The notes under the pieces: model-generated | Told to the model about the DNA's origin: nothing | Database searches by the model: none | The model's input: only the letters and a program-made list of their open reading frames with translations | NCBI GenBank assembly: GCA_009995425.1 | Contig: JAACPN010000005.1 | Span: forward strand, 55,349 to 119,348 | Source: Legionella sp. | GTDB lineage: Bacteria > Pseudomonadota > Gammaproteobacteria > Legionellales > Legionellaceae | Direction: 5' to 3' | DNA: 64,000 nt | Shown here: in pieces, positions 37,491 to 45,982 of the stretch | How the letters are laid out: every line of letters starts with the position of its first letter | Position numbering within the stretch: the stretch's first letter is position 1 | Made by a program: the position numbers and the translations under genes

Positions 37491-39440
37491 ATGAATCAGC
37501 CTGTTTGGATGCAAAAAAATTCTGAAATCATAAACAAAACTCAGATGATGCGCTTTTTGCGCCTGCTCGAAAAAAAATACGCGTGTACGCTGCCAGACTA
37601 TGCAGCCCTGCATGCCTGGTCTATTCAACATATCGCCCTGTTTTGGGAAGAACTCGCACATTTTTTCAATATAAACTTTGAAACACCTCCCAAGCATATT
37701 TTTAAACCAGGCAAGCACATGATGGATGCCACCTGGTTTGAAGGCGCGACTCTAAATATTACCCAACACTTACTAAGACTTAATAATAACCACACGGCTT
37801 TAATTTGCATCAACGAACAAGGTCAACGTGAAGCTTTCAGCTATCATGCATTAAAAGAACAGGTTGCAGCCTGCGCCGCAGGGCTAAAAAAAGAAGGCAT
37901 CCAAGCGGGCGATCGCGTGGCGGCCATGCTCCCGAACAGTCAATTTGCGGTCATCGCGATGCTTGCAACCGCCTCATTAGGCGGCATTTGGTCATCGTGC
38001 TCACCTGATTTTGGGGTGGCAGCCGCCGTTGATCGCCTAAGCCAAATTACGCCTAAATTATTTTTTATCGCCGACGGCTATCAATACCATGGCAAAACGT
38101 ATGATTTACAAAACAAAGCTGAAGCAATTTGTACGGCCGTTTCATCCATCCAACAGCTTGTTGTTTGCCCAGTAAGCCCAACACACACACGCATCACCTG
38201 GCCCAACAGCTTAAGCTGGGATACTCTGCTTTGCCCGGGCACCCCCCTGCCCAACCAAGCCTTTGCATTCAATCATCCATGGATGATTTTATTTTCATCA
38301 GGCACCACCGGAAAACCCAAATGCATCACCCATAGTACCGGTGGTACGCTGCTTCAACACGTCAAAGAGCTAGGCTTACACACAGATTTAGATGCCGATG
38401 ATACGTTATTTTTTCATACCACCTGCGGATGGATGATGTGGAACTGGATGGTTTCGGGGCTTGCCTTAGGATGCACCTTGGTGCTCTACGACGGCTCGCC
38501 TACCTACCCAACACCTGAACGCATGTTTGACATCATCGACAACGAAAGTGTCACCGTGTTTGGTACCGGAGCACGCTTTTTAGCGGCCATAGAAAAAAAC
38601 GGCACGTATCCCAACACAACCCATAACGCTACAAAGCTTCGCACGATATTATCCACCGGATCGCCGTTGCTGCCACAGCAATATGATTTTGTTCGTGAGC
38701 ACATCAAACACGATGTACAACTGAGCTCGATTTCAGGCGGTACCGATATCGTATCGTGCTTTGCCCTGGGTAATCCTATCAGCCCGGTTTATCAGGGCGA
38801 AATTCAGTGCCTCGGCCTCGGCATGGATGTTCAAATTTTTAACCAAGAAGGCGACGCCGTTGATAACACGCCTGGTGAACTGGTGTGCACGCAAGCGTTT
38901 CCATCGATGCCGCTTGGTTTTTGGAACGATCTCGACCGTATCAACTACAAACACGCTTACTTTGAACAATTTCCTGGTGTTTGGGCGCACGGCGACATGG
39001 CAAAAATTACGCCACATGACGGGCTTGTGATTTATGGTCGTTCAGATGCCGTACTCAATCCAGGTGGGGTTCGCATTGGCACCGCTGAAATTTACAGGCC
39101 GCTCGACAAAATCCCAGAAATTCTTGAAAGCGTTGTCATCGGACAAACATGGCAGGATGACGTTCGTATTATATTATTCGTAAAACTTCGAGAGCATAGC
39201 CTATTAGATGAAGCGCTTACGCTTAAAATTAAGCAAACCATTCGAAACGAAGCTTCACCACGCCATGTGCCTGAAAAAATTTTGACGGTACCTGATATTC
39301 CGCGCACCATCAGCGGAAAAATTGTTGAGATTGCCGTACGACAATGTGTGAACGGTGAAGCTGTCGAAAATACAGGATCACTTGCCAACCCTGAAGCGCT
39401 TGAATATTTTAAACATCGCCCGGAGCTGATGTGCGGTTAA
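37491..39440 (+). CDS. Acetoacetyl-CoA synthetase (acetoacetate-CoA ligase, ANL superfamily)
   Basis: 649 aa. N-terminal pattern (MRFLRLLEKKY...YAALHAWSIQHIALFWEEL) and AMP-binding motif ILFSSGTTGKPKCITHS, typical of AACS. Confidence 0.8.
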   Translation: MNQPVWMQKNSEIINKTQMMRFLRLLEKKYACTLPDYAALHAWSIQHIALFWEELAHFFNINFETPPKHIFKPGKHMMDATWFEGATLNITQHLLRLNNNHTALICINEQGQREAFSYHALKEQVAACAAGLKKEGIQAGDRVAAMLPNSQFAVIAMLATASLGGIWSSCSPDFGVAAAVDRLSQITPKLFFIADGYQYHGKTYDLQNKAEAICTAVSSIQQLVVCPVSPTHTRITWPNSLSWDTLLCPGTPLPNQAFAFNHPWMILFSSGTTGKPKCITHSTGGTLLQHVKELGLHTDLDADDTLFFHTTCGWMMWNWMVSGLALGCTLVLYDGSPTYPTPERMFDIIDNESVTVFGTGARFLAAIEKNGTYPNTTHNATKLRTILSTGSPLLPQQYDFVREHIKHDVQLSSISGGTDIVSCFALGNPISPVYQGEIQCLGLGMDVQIFNQEGDAVDNTPGELVCTQAFPSMPLGFWNDLDRINYKHAYFEQFPGVWAHGDMAKITPHDGLVIYGRSDAVLNPGGVRIGTAEIYRPLDKIPEILESVVIGQTWQDDVRIILFVKLREHSLLDEALTLKIKQTIRNEASPRHVPEKILTVPDIPRTISGKIVEIAVRQCVNGEAVENTGSLANPEALEYFKHRPELMCG

Positions 39441-39512
39441 TCACAGAAGCTACCACAAGCACGTGAATTTCGTTATACTCGATGAGCACTTTTTAGGTGG
39501 TAAGTTATCTAC

Positions 39513-40550
39513 ATGACAACACACATGATTACACTCACAGATCTCAATAAACACTATGGATCGCATCACGTCTTAAACAAAATTAATTTAAGCATTCAAG
39601 AAGGCGAGATTTTTGGCATCATCGGCAAAAGTGGTGCAGGGAAATCCACCCTGCTGCGTTGCCTTAATTTACTTGAGCGCCCCGACAGCGGCACGGTTTT
39701 AATTAACCATCAATCACTGACAGATTTAAATCCTGAAGCGTTGCGTCATGCACGTCATCAGATTGGCATGATTTTTCAGCATTTTAATTTGCTGCATGCA
39801 AAATCGGTCTATGACAACATTGCTTTACCGCTGCGCATTCAAAACGTACCTGAAGCTGAGATTAAACCACGTGTTTTAGAACTGCTCGATCTTGTTGAAC
39901 TCAGCGATAAAATGCACGTAAAACCCAACGATTTAAGTGGTGGTCAAAAACAACGGGTTGCCATTGCTCGCGCGCTTAGCAGCTCACCCAAGGTGTTATT
40001 ATGCGACGAAGCAACGTCGGCACTCGATCCAGAAACCACCACATCGATTTTAAATTTACTCAAAAAAATCAACGTGCTATACAACATTACGATTGTACTC
40101 ATTACCCACGAAATGGATGTAATTAAACAACTCGCACATCGTGTGGCCTTAATGGAGCATGGTCAACTGGTTGATGTCATTGCCCTCGACGATTTATTTG
40201 CAGAACCTACAAGCCCCGCAAAACAATTATTATGCGCGCACTTAAGCCCCGAGTTACCCGCTTGCATGTTAGAAAACATCACGCAAGAAATCAATCATCG
40301 GCCTTTACTGCGTCTATTTTTTAAAGGCGACGCCGTCTCGGGGCCTTTAATTAGCAAAATCAGCCGTGAACTTCATCTGGATATTAATATTTTACTGGCC
40401 AACGTTGAACGCTTAAATCACATCACCTGCGGTGTCTTAATCGTCGAAGTTCATGCACACAAAAATAATTTAGATGCCTTTTTTAAACGCTGCGACGCGT
40501 TCAATATTACTGCGGAGATTCTCGGATATGTCACCGACCATGCTTTATGA
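39513..40550 (+). CDS. metN: Methionine ABC transporter ATP-binding protein
   Basis: 345 aa. GKSGAGKSTLLRC, LSGGQKQRVAIARAL and LLCDEATSALD motifs. C-terminal NIL domain. Followed by metI and metQ. Confidence 0.9.
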   Translation: MTTHMITLTDLNKHYGSHHVLNKINLSIQEGEIFGIIGKSGAGKSTLLRCLNLLERPDSGTVLINHQSLTDLNPEALRHARHQIGMIFQHFNLLHAKSVYDNIALPLRIQNVPEAEIKPRVLELLDLVELSDKMHVKPNDLSGGQKQRVAIARALSSSPKVLLCDEATSALDPETTTSILNLLKKINVLYNITIVLITHEMDVIKQLAHRVALMEHGQLVDVIALDDLFAEPTSPAKQLLCAHLSPELPACMLENITQEINHRPLLRLFFKGDAVSGPLISKISRELHLDINILLANVERLNHITCGVLIVEVHAHKNNLDAFFKRCDAFNITAEILGYVTDHAL

Positions 40551-41169
40551 CATCCTACTCGCTACGGGTGAGACTTTGTATATGGTACTCATCAGCACCT
40601 GCTGTGCAGCGCTGCTCGGTTTACCCTTAGGTACTCTACTGTTTGTAAGCCGTGATATCCGACCGCACCGCCTCATGCATCGTGCAATAAGTGGGCTCAT
40701 TAACTTCAGCCGCTCAATTCCGTTTATTATCCTTCTGGTCGCCCTCATACCGTTGACACGCTTATTAATCGGCACATCGATTGGTTTGCATGCCGCCATG
40801 GTGCCACTCACATTAGGTGCTGCACCTTTTTTTGCGCGCCTGGTCGACAATGCCTATCAAACCCTGCCCCGTGGACTGTTTGATGCCGCGGACGCCATGG
40901 GAGCCACCACGGGGCAAATTATTCGGCATATTTTATTACCCGAAGCACGTCCGGCGCTCATTCAAGCGCTCACCGTGACCGCCACAACCCTCGTTAATTA
41001 CTCAGCAATGGCAGGCACCGTGGGCGGCGGTGGCTTAGGTGATTTAGCCATTCGTTATGGCTACCAGCGTTTTGATTTAACCGTTATGCTATCCACCGTT
41101 TTCATCTTAGTTATCATTGTTCAATTAATTCAGATGCTCGGCGACAAATTATCACAAGGAGATATTTAA
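40528..41169 (+). CDS. metI: Methionine ABC transporter permease
   Basis: The start is taken at MSPTMLYDILLATGETLYMV, overlapping the metN end; the track ORF has an implausible 18-aa extension inside metN. Blocks RSIPFIILLVALIPLTRLLIGTSIGLHAAMVPLTLGAAPFFARLV closely match E. coli MetI. Confidence 0.9.
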   Translation: MSPTMLYDILLATGETLYMVLISTCCAALLGLPLGTLLFVSRDIRPHRLMHRAISGLINFSRSIPFIILLVALIPLTRLLIGTSIGLHAAMVPLTLGAAPFFARLVDNAYQTLPRGLFDAADAMGATTGQIIRHILLPEARPALIQALTVTATTLVNYSAMAGTVGGGGLGDLAIRYGYQRFDLTVMLSTVFILVIIVQLIQMLGDKLSQGDI

Positions 41170-41170
41170 C

Positions 41171-41962
41171 ATGCGCGCGCTACGATTATTGCTCTTACCC
41201 CTGGTTGCATCATGCTTTTTGAACGCGTGCCAACAGCCATCTTCACCCAAGACTTTAACCATTGGCACCATTGCAGGTCCTGAGAGTGATTTGGTTCGAA
41301 CAGCCAAAACCGTGGCGCACGATCAGTATGATTTAGATATCCGTGTGGTTGAATTCAGTGACTATAATCTACCCAATGCAGCACTTGAAGACGGCAGCCT
41401 CGATGCCAACGTCTACCAACACCTGCCCTACCTTGAAGCATCCGTCAAAGCGAATCATTATTTGATTGAACCCATAGGGCGTACTTTTTTATTTCCAGCC
41501 GGATTATATTCAAAAAAAATTAAATCACTCGAAGCCCTACCCAACAAAGCACGCATTGCCATTCCCAACGATCCCAGTAACGAAGCACGTGCATTACGCC
41601 TGTTAGCTGCCGCTAAACTTATCACATTAAACGAAAACCCAACGCCAAGCGTTCAAGATATCATTGCCAATCCTAAAAACATACATATTAAAACGTTGGA
41701 TGCAGCTCAACTCACGCGTATTTTGCCTGACGTGGACGCCGCTGTTATCAATACGACGTTCGCTATTCCGGCAGGACTCAACCCCTCACGCGATGCGCTC
41801 ATCCGTGAATCCAAAGACTCACCGTATGCGAACCTTGTGGTGATCCATACCCATACCAAAAAACGTGAACAACTCGAACAGTTTGTGGAAGCACTGCATT
41901 CTGATGCCGTCAAAGCGAAAGCCCAGCAACTTTTTGGTGATGCCGCCATCCAAGCTTGGTAA
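41171..41962 (+). CDS. metQ: Methionine-binding lipoprotein (NlpA/MetQ family)
   Basis: 263 aa. Lipobox FLNAC. Blocks DANVYQHLPYLE and IAIPNDPSNEARALRLL are typical of MetQ. Confidence 0.9.
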   Translation: MRALRLLLLPLVASCFLNACQQPSSPKTLTIGTIAGPESDLVRTAKTVAHDQYDLDIRVVEFSDYNLPNAALEDGSLDANVYQHLPYLEASVKANHYLIEPIGRTFLFPAGLYSKKIKSLEALPNKARIAIPNDPSNEARALRLLAAAKLITLNENPTPSVQDIIANPKNIHIKTLDAAQLTRILPDVDAAVINTTFAIPAGLNPSRDALIRESKDSPYANLVVIHTHTKKREQLEQFVEALHSDAVKAKAQQLFGDAAIQAW

Positions 41963-42005
41963 TTATATGCTATAATGAATAACAGTTATCCATGGGAGTT
42001 GATTT

Positions 42006-43721
42006 ATGGCCTGGTTTGAAAAAGAACAACGTCTTAAAAATTTATCACCTCAGCATAAAGAGGTATGGATAAACTCTTATGGTGGTAAGCTAGGTATAGA
42101 GTCTGGCGCTTTTGAAAAACTGGTGACTGATTATCTCGATAAGCAAGAAAAAATCGATCTCGATCTTAATGAACTTTCAACCGAGCAAAAAGCAGTCTAT
42201 GACGAATTAGAAAATTTAAAAACAGCCCTCAAAGCAGAACTCAAGACATTTACTGCTGAAATAAAAAACCTCCCTTCGAATACGCTTGCTGAGGCGCTAG
42301 CCAATGAAGCGACCGAAGAAAAAAAGCTTATTATTGAAAAACTTAAGCTTTTAAACCAACAAACACGTGAATTTACCAAAAGTCTTCCAGACACTAAACA
42401 AGCAGGCGCTGAAGATACATCTCATCAAGCAGCATCAACACCCGGTGCTAAAACCGATAGGAATACACGTGCTGGTACAGGTACTGGCACAGGCTCCGAT
42501 GACGTAACAATCGATAAAGATGCCACATCAAAAACAACTGATTTTAAACCAATGACCCATGCTGAAGCAGCGGCTCTGGGTGATATGCTGGACGCAACAA
42601 AAAAAAGTCTCGAGGATAATAGCACACCAGAACTTGATGAACTCGAGAAACAACTCACCGGGGCCATCACCGACATGCATCGTTCCGCACAAATCGAACG
42701 TGACCGTATTCCTTTATTAGCCGTACTTACCGCCAATAAACGTAAGCTCAGCCTCTTTACCAGTACAGTTGAGAACTTAAGTGAACATGGTATCAGCGCC
42801 CTATGGTCTAAACAAAAAGCCTCGCCTCCGAGCGTACTGGTTACCGGGGATGATCAAGTAGGTGTTGATAAATTACGTGCGGCTATGCGCAAGCTTGATT
42901 TAAGCGGTCAAGATAAAGAAGCACTTGATGAGGCAAACATAAATCTCAAACAGGCTGAAACACGCTTAAAAAAAGCAGAAGAAGATAATAATCAAGACAA
43001 CATCGACAAATATAAAGAAGAAATCAAACAATATAACAAAAAAATCAGCGAACTAAATCAAAAAACCACCCTTAAGACACAAGAAGTTGCTGCTGAGCTG
43101 CAGGTTAACGCTGGATTTTTAGGTCTTGTGGGTTACAAACCTGGACTTACCTCTCTTTCAGGAAGACATATTACAGTAGGCGCGGCCGACCAAGGCCTAA
43201 CCTTTCAAATGAACTTTCCTACGCCTCTTTTTTCTCCAGGATATTACTTAAGTCGCGAGCATAATACCAAAGCTGATTTGGTGAGTATGGCGGAGCTTAT
43301 TAAAGCGACCGGTGCACAAAACATTTATTTTAACATTGAATGTCGAAACCCTAAAATGAAACAACGACTCATGCAAGAAGCGTATGAAGCAGCCCTTGAA
43401 GTGGGTGGGTTTAAAAGCATCACGATTAATGGCCAAGAAATCACAAAAGAGAACATGCACGAGAAGTTATACAAACACACGGATCCTAATACACGAGAGG
43501 AAACCAATAAGCATCAAAGAAAAGAGCAACGCGCCCAAGAACTTCAAGGGATCGCAGAAAAAAGGCGTTCTGAAGTCAAACAAGCCCAAGCGCCAGAAAT
43601 AGAAAACCAACAAAACGTGTTTAAACATGCTATGCATGCGGAACGAACAGCTTTAGAAAAAGCCGCTGAAAAAGTTGCAAGCAACGCGCCGGCTAACCCT
43701 TCGTCAGGCCTCGCCCTTTAG
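42006..43721 (+). CDS. Hypothetical coiled-coil protein (Dot/Icm effector candidate)
   Basis: 571 aa. Long Lys/Glu-rich heptad-like stretches and a low-complexity TGTGTGS linker. No signal peptide or TM. Glu-rich, small-residue C-terminus (ERTALEKAAEKVASNAPANPSSGLAL). No family recognised. Confidence 0.55.
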   Translation: MAWFEKEQRLKNLSPQHKEVWINSYGGKLGIESGAFEKLVTDYLDKQEKIDLDLNELSTEQKAVYDELENLKTALKAELKTFTAEIKNLPSNTLAEALANEATEEKKLIIEKLKLLNQQTREFTKSLPDTKQAGAEDTSHQAASTPGAKTDRNTRAGTGTGTGSDDVTIDKDATSKTTDFKPMTHAEAAALGDMLDATKKSLEDNSTPELDELEKQLTGAITDMHRSAQIERDRIPLLAVLTANKRKLSLFTSTVENLSEHGISALWSKQKASPPSVLVTGDDQVGVDKLRAAMRKLDLSGQDKEALDEANINLKQAETRLKKAEEDNNQDNIDKYKEEIKQYNKKISELNQKTTLKTQEVAAELQVNAGFLGLVGYKPGLTSLSGRHITVGAADQGLTFQMNFPTPLFSPGYYLSREHNTKADLVSMAELIKATGAQNIYFNIECRNPKMKQRLMQEAYEAALEVGGFKSITINGQEITKENMHEKLYKHTDPNTREETNKHQRKEQRAQELQGIAEKRRSEVKQAQAPEIENQQNVFKHAMHAERTALEKAAEKVASNAPANPSSGLAL

Positions 43722-43754
43722 AGCAATAGTTATAAGCAGGATTACAACCCCAAG

Positions 43755-43885
43755 AAAATACAGAGTATCCGTTGCTTTCCATAAAAAATATCGCCCGTTA
43801 GGGGTCGAGCATATAATTTTTGTTTATTTTTACTCCTAAAAATCTCATTTTCAAACAAAGAAGACCCGCCTTCCTAAAAAATAGC
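43755..43885 (-). pseudogene. Decayed fragment homologous to the C-terminal part of the adjacent LRR gene
   Basis: 43755-43804 matches 44403-44450 at roughly 40 of 48 positions by my hand alignment. It translates to PNGRYFLWKATDTLYF, against PNRLYSLWEATNTLYSE in the intact gene. A second short match (AGACCCGCC..TAAAAAA) follows after an insertion of about 55 bp. There is no intact ORF. Confidence 0.45.
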
Positions 43886-44038
43886 CCTGTTTTTTAAACC
43901 CTTTAGCAAATCGATGTAACAAAGCGCATCAGTTGGTCTACTGTTAACGCTAAGATGCCAAACATTAGGTGCGCCATGATTTACTATGTCCCCGCACCCG
44001 AATACATATAGCGGGCGAAAAATCTTAACCAAGGTTTT

Positions 44039-45835
44039 TTAGAAAGTACTGAATCCTTGACTCTCAGCAGGATCCTTGCAAGACGTGCGATAAGCATTCA
44101 TTGCAAAGCTTGTCGCGCCCAATAAAGCTAACCCAGCACCAAGCCCCATGATAGCAACATTACTGGATGCAAAAAAAATGATGCAACCTAATATTATCGT
44201 CGCGAGCTGAACCTCTTGCATGGAAAGTATTTTAAAAAAATACGCATCCCCTTGACTAGCCCCCACAAGCCCTGAAGGCTCTTCCGAAGACGACATACCA
44301 CTCGCCTGACTAACTCCAGGTCCTGAAAACTGCTCTGCCGAAGTCAATAAAAGCTTATTTTTATCCTCGAAAAGCTCTTTTTTATCCTTGCGTTTCCCTT
44401 CAGAATACAGAGTATTGGTTGCTTCCCATAAAGAATATAGCCTATTAGGGAACAGAGACCCACCTGATAAAAAAGATAAAATAAGAGGGAATAAATCATC
44501 CGGGATTTGCCTTGCGTTGAACAACGTAAACAGGGGTAACAACCCACGCCCGATATCAGTATCTCCATTACCCCGGATATTTAAACGCAGGCTAGCTTGA
44601 GGAATGGGCGAAATGGCGCACTCAGTCAATGTACTAGGCACACCTTCGCGTAATGCCGTGAGCAACGCATCTCGATCATTAGTTGAATGTAAAAAAAATA
44701 ACTTATTACGATTCAAGTTAATTTCACGAACAGTCTTAGGGATACCGTTAAGTGCGATGAGTAAATCACGTGTACTAAGGCAATCAAGGCTGTTAGCACT
44801 CAAATTAAGCGAGGTCACGTTCACGGGTATCCCTGCAAAAGCCTGAGCTAATTCAGCGCCGGTTTTTTGGCCTAACCCGTTATTACTCAACTCAAGCGAG
44901 GTCACGCCTGCGGGTATCGCTGCAAAAGCCTGAGCTAATTCAGCGCCGGTTTTTTGGCCTAACCCGTTACCACTCAAATTAAGCGAGGTCACGTTCACGG
45001 GTATCCCTGCAAAAGCCAGAGCTAATTCAGCGCCGGTTTTTTGGCATAACTCGTAACTCAAATTAAGCGAGGCCACGCCTGCGGGTATCCCTGCAAAAGC
45101 CAGAGCTAATTCAGCGCCGGTTTTTCGGTATAACTTGTTATCACTCAACTCAAGCGAGGTCACGTTCACGGGTATCCCTGCAAAAGCCAGAGCTAATTCA
45201 GCGCCGGTTTTTTGGCATAACTCGTTACGTCTTAAATCAAGCGAGGTCACGCCTGCGGGTATCGCTGCAAAAGCCTGAGCTAATTCAGCGCCGGTTTTTT
45301 GGCCTAACTCGTTCTCACTCAACTCAAGCGAGGTCACGTTCACGGGTATCCCTGCAAAAGCCTGAGCTAATTCAGCGCCGGTTTTTTCGTTTAACCTGTT
45401 AAAAGCCAAACCAAGCCTGGTCACGTTCACGGGTATCTCTGCAAAAGCCTGAGCTAATTCAGCGCCGGTTTTTTGGCCTAACCTGTTATTACCCAACTCA
45501 AGCGAGGCCACGCCTGCGGGTATCCCTGCAAAAGCCCGAGCTAATTCAGCGCCGGTTTTTTGGCCTAACCTGTTATTACTCAACTCAAGCGAGGTCACGT
45601 TCACGGGTATCCCTGCAAAAGCCTGAGCTAATTCAGCGCCGGTTTTTTGGCCTAACTCGTTCTCACCCAAAGCAAGCGAGGTCACGCTTGCGGGTATCGC
45701 TGCAAAAGCCTGAGCTAATTCAGCGCCGGTTTTTTGGCCTAACCCGTTACCACTCAAATAAAGCGAGGTCACGCCCGCGAGAATACTTTCAACCTCGCTT
45801 GACATCGTTGAAACATTCTTGAATTGTAAGTGCAT
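44039..45835 (-). CDS. Ribonuclease-inhibitor-type leucine-rich repeat protein with C-terminal TM segments (eukaryotic-like effector candidate)
   Basis: 598 aa. It has 12-13 units of 29 aa with consensus VTSLELSxNxLGQKTGAELAQAFAGIPxx. The C-terminal region has hydrophobic stretches (LATIILGCIIFFASSNVAIMGLGAGLALLGATSFAM). It lies directly downstream of icmB. Confidence 0.8.
   Translation of the reverse strand: MHLQFKNVSTMSSEVESILAGVTSLYLSGNGLGQKTGAELAQAFAAIPASVTSLALGENELGQKTGAELAQAFAGIPVNVTSLELSNNRLGQKTGAELARAFAGIPAGVASLELGNNRLGQKTGAELAQAFAEIPVNVTRLGLAFNRLNEKTGAELAQAFAGIPVNVTSLELSENELGQKTGAELAQAFAAIPAGVTSLDLRRNELCQKTGAELALAFAGIPVNVTSLELSDNKLYRKTGAELALAFAGIPAGVASLNLSYELCQKTGAELALAFAGIPVNVTSLNLSGNGLGQKTGAELAQAFAAIPAGVTSLELSNNGLGQKTGAELAQAFAGIPVNVTSLNLSANSLDCLSTRDLLIALNGIPKTVREINLNRNKLFFLHSTNDRDALLTALREGVPSTLTECAISPIPQASLRLNIRGNGDTDIGRGLLPLFTLFNARQIPDDLFPLILSFLSGGSLFPNRLYSLWEATNTLYSEGKRKDKKELFEDKNKLLLTSAEQFSGPGVSQASGMSSSEEPSGLVGASQGDAYFFKILSMQEVQLATIILGCIIFFASSNVAIMGLGAGLALLGATSFAMNAYRTSCKDPAESQGFSTF
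44732..45772. repeat. Tandem array of 87-bp coding repeats (12 units; unit 9 is 84 bp)
   Basis: The 87-bp period is visible in the DNA: GAGGTCACG recurs at 44811 and 44898, and so on. Long stretches such as GCCTGAGCTAATTCAGCGCCGGTTTTTTGGCCTAAC are identical between units. Confidence 0.85.
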
Positions 45836-45922
45836 TGCTGAACCTTGATAGTAAAAGTATTATTTTAACAAAACCAAGGGGTGGTGTCAAAAAAATAGGC
45901 AACTGGGTCAGTTTGGCTGCTT

Positions 45923-45940
45923 AGTTAATGGTGTATTAAT
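45923..45940 (-). promoter_or_regulatory. Possible PmrA-type tandem half-sites (TTAATA-N5-TTAACT, 11-bp period) upstream of the LRR gene
   Basis: The minus strand reads aTTAATAcaccaTTAACTaa, about 88 nt upstream of the ATG at 45835. It resembles the cTTAATatT-N2-cTTAATatT repeat reported for Legionella/Coxiella PmrA. No clear -10 element follows. Confidence 0.3.
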
Positions 45941-45982
45941 ATGTGTATGTCCTGAGCTATAAAACAACGCCATCCGCCGGTT

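Noticed and set aside
39441-39512. Possible SAM riboswitch or leader upstream of metN
   Set aside because: The intergenic region is only 72 nt and shows no conserved helices. It is too short for an S-box or SAM-II element.
44732-45772. A regular 87-bp repeat array that at first glance looks like a CRISPR or satellite array
   Set aside because: No unique spacers separate the repeats. The whole array is one open reading frame encoding 29-aa RI-type leucine-rich repeats. No cas genes are present in the window.
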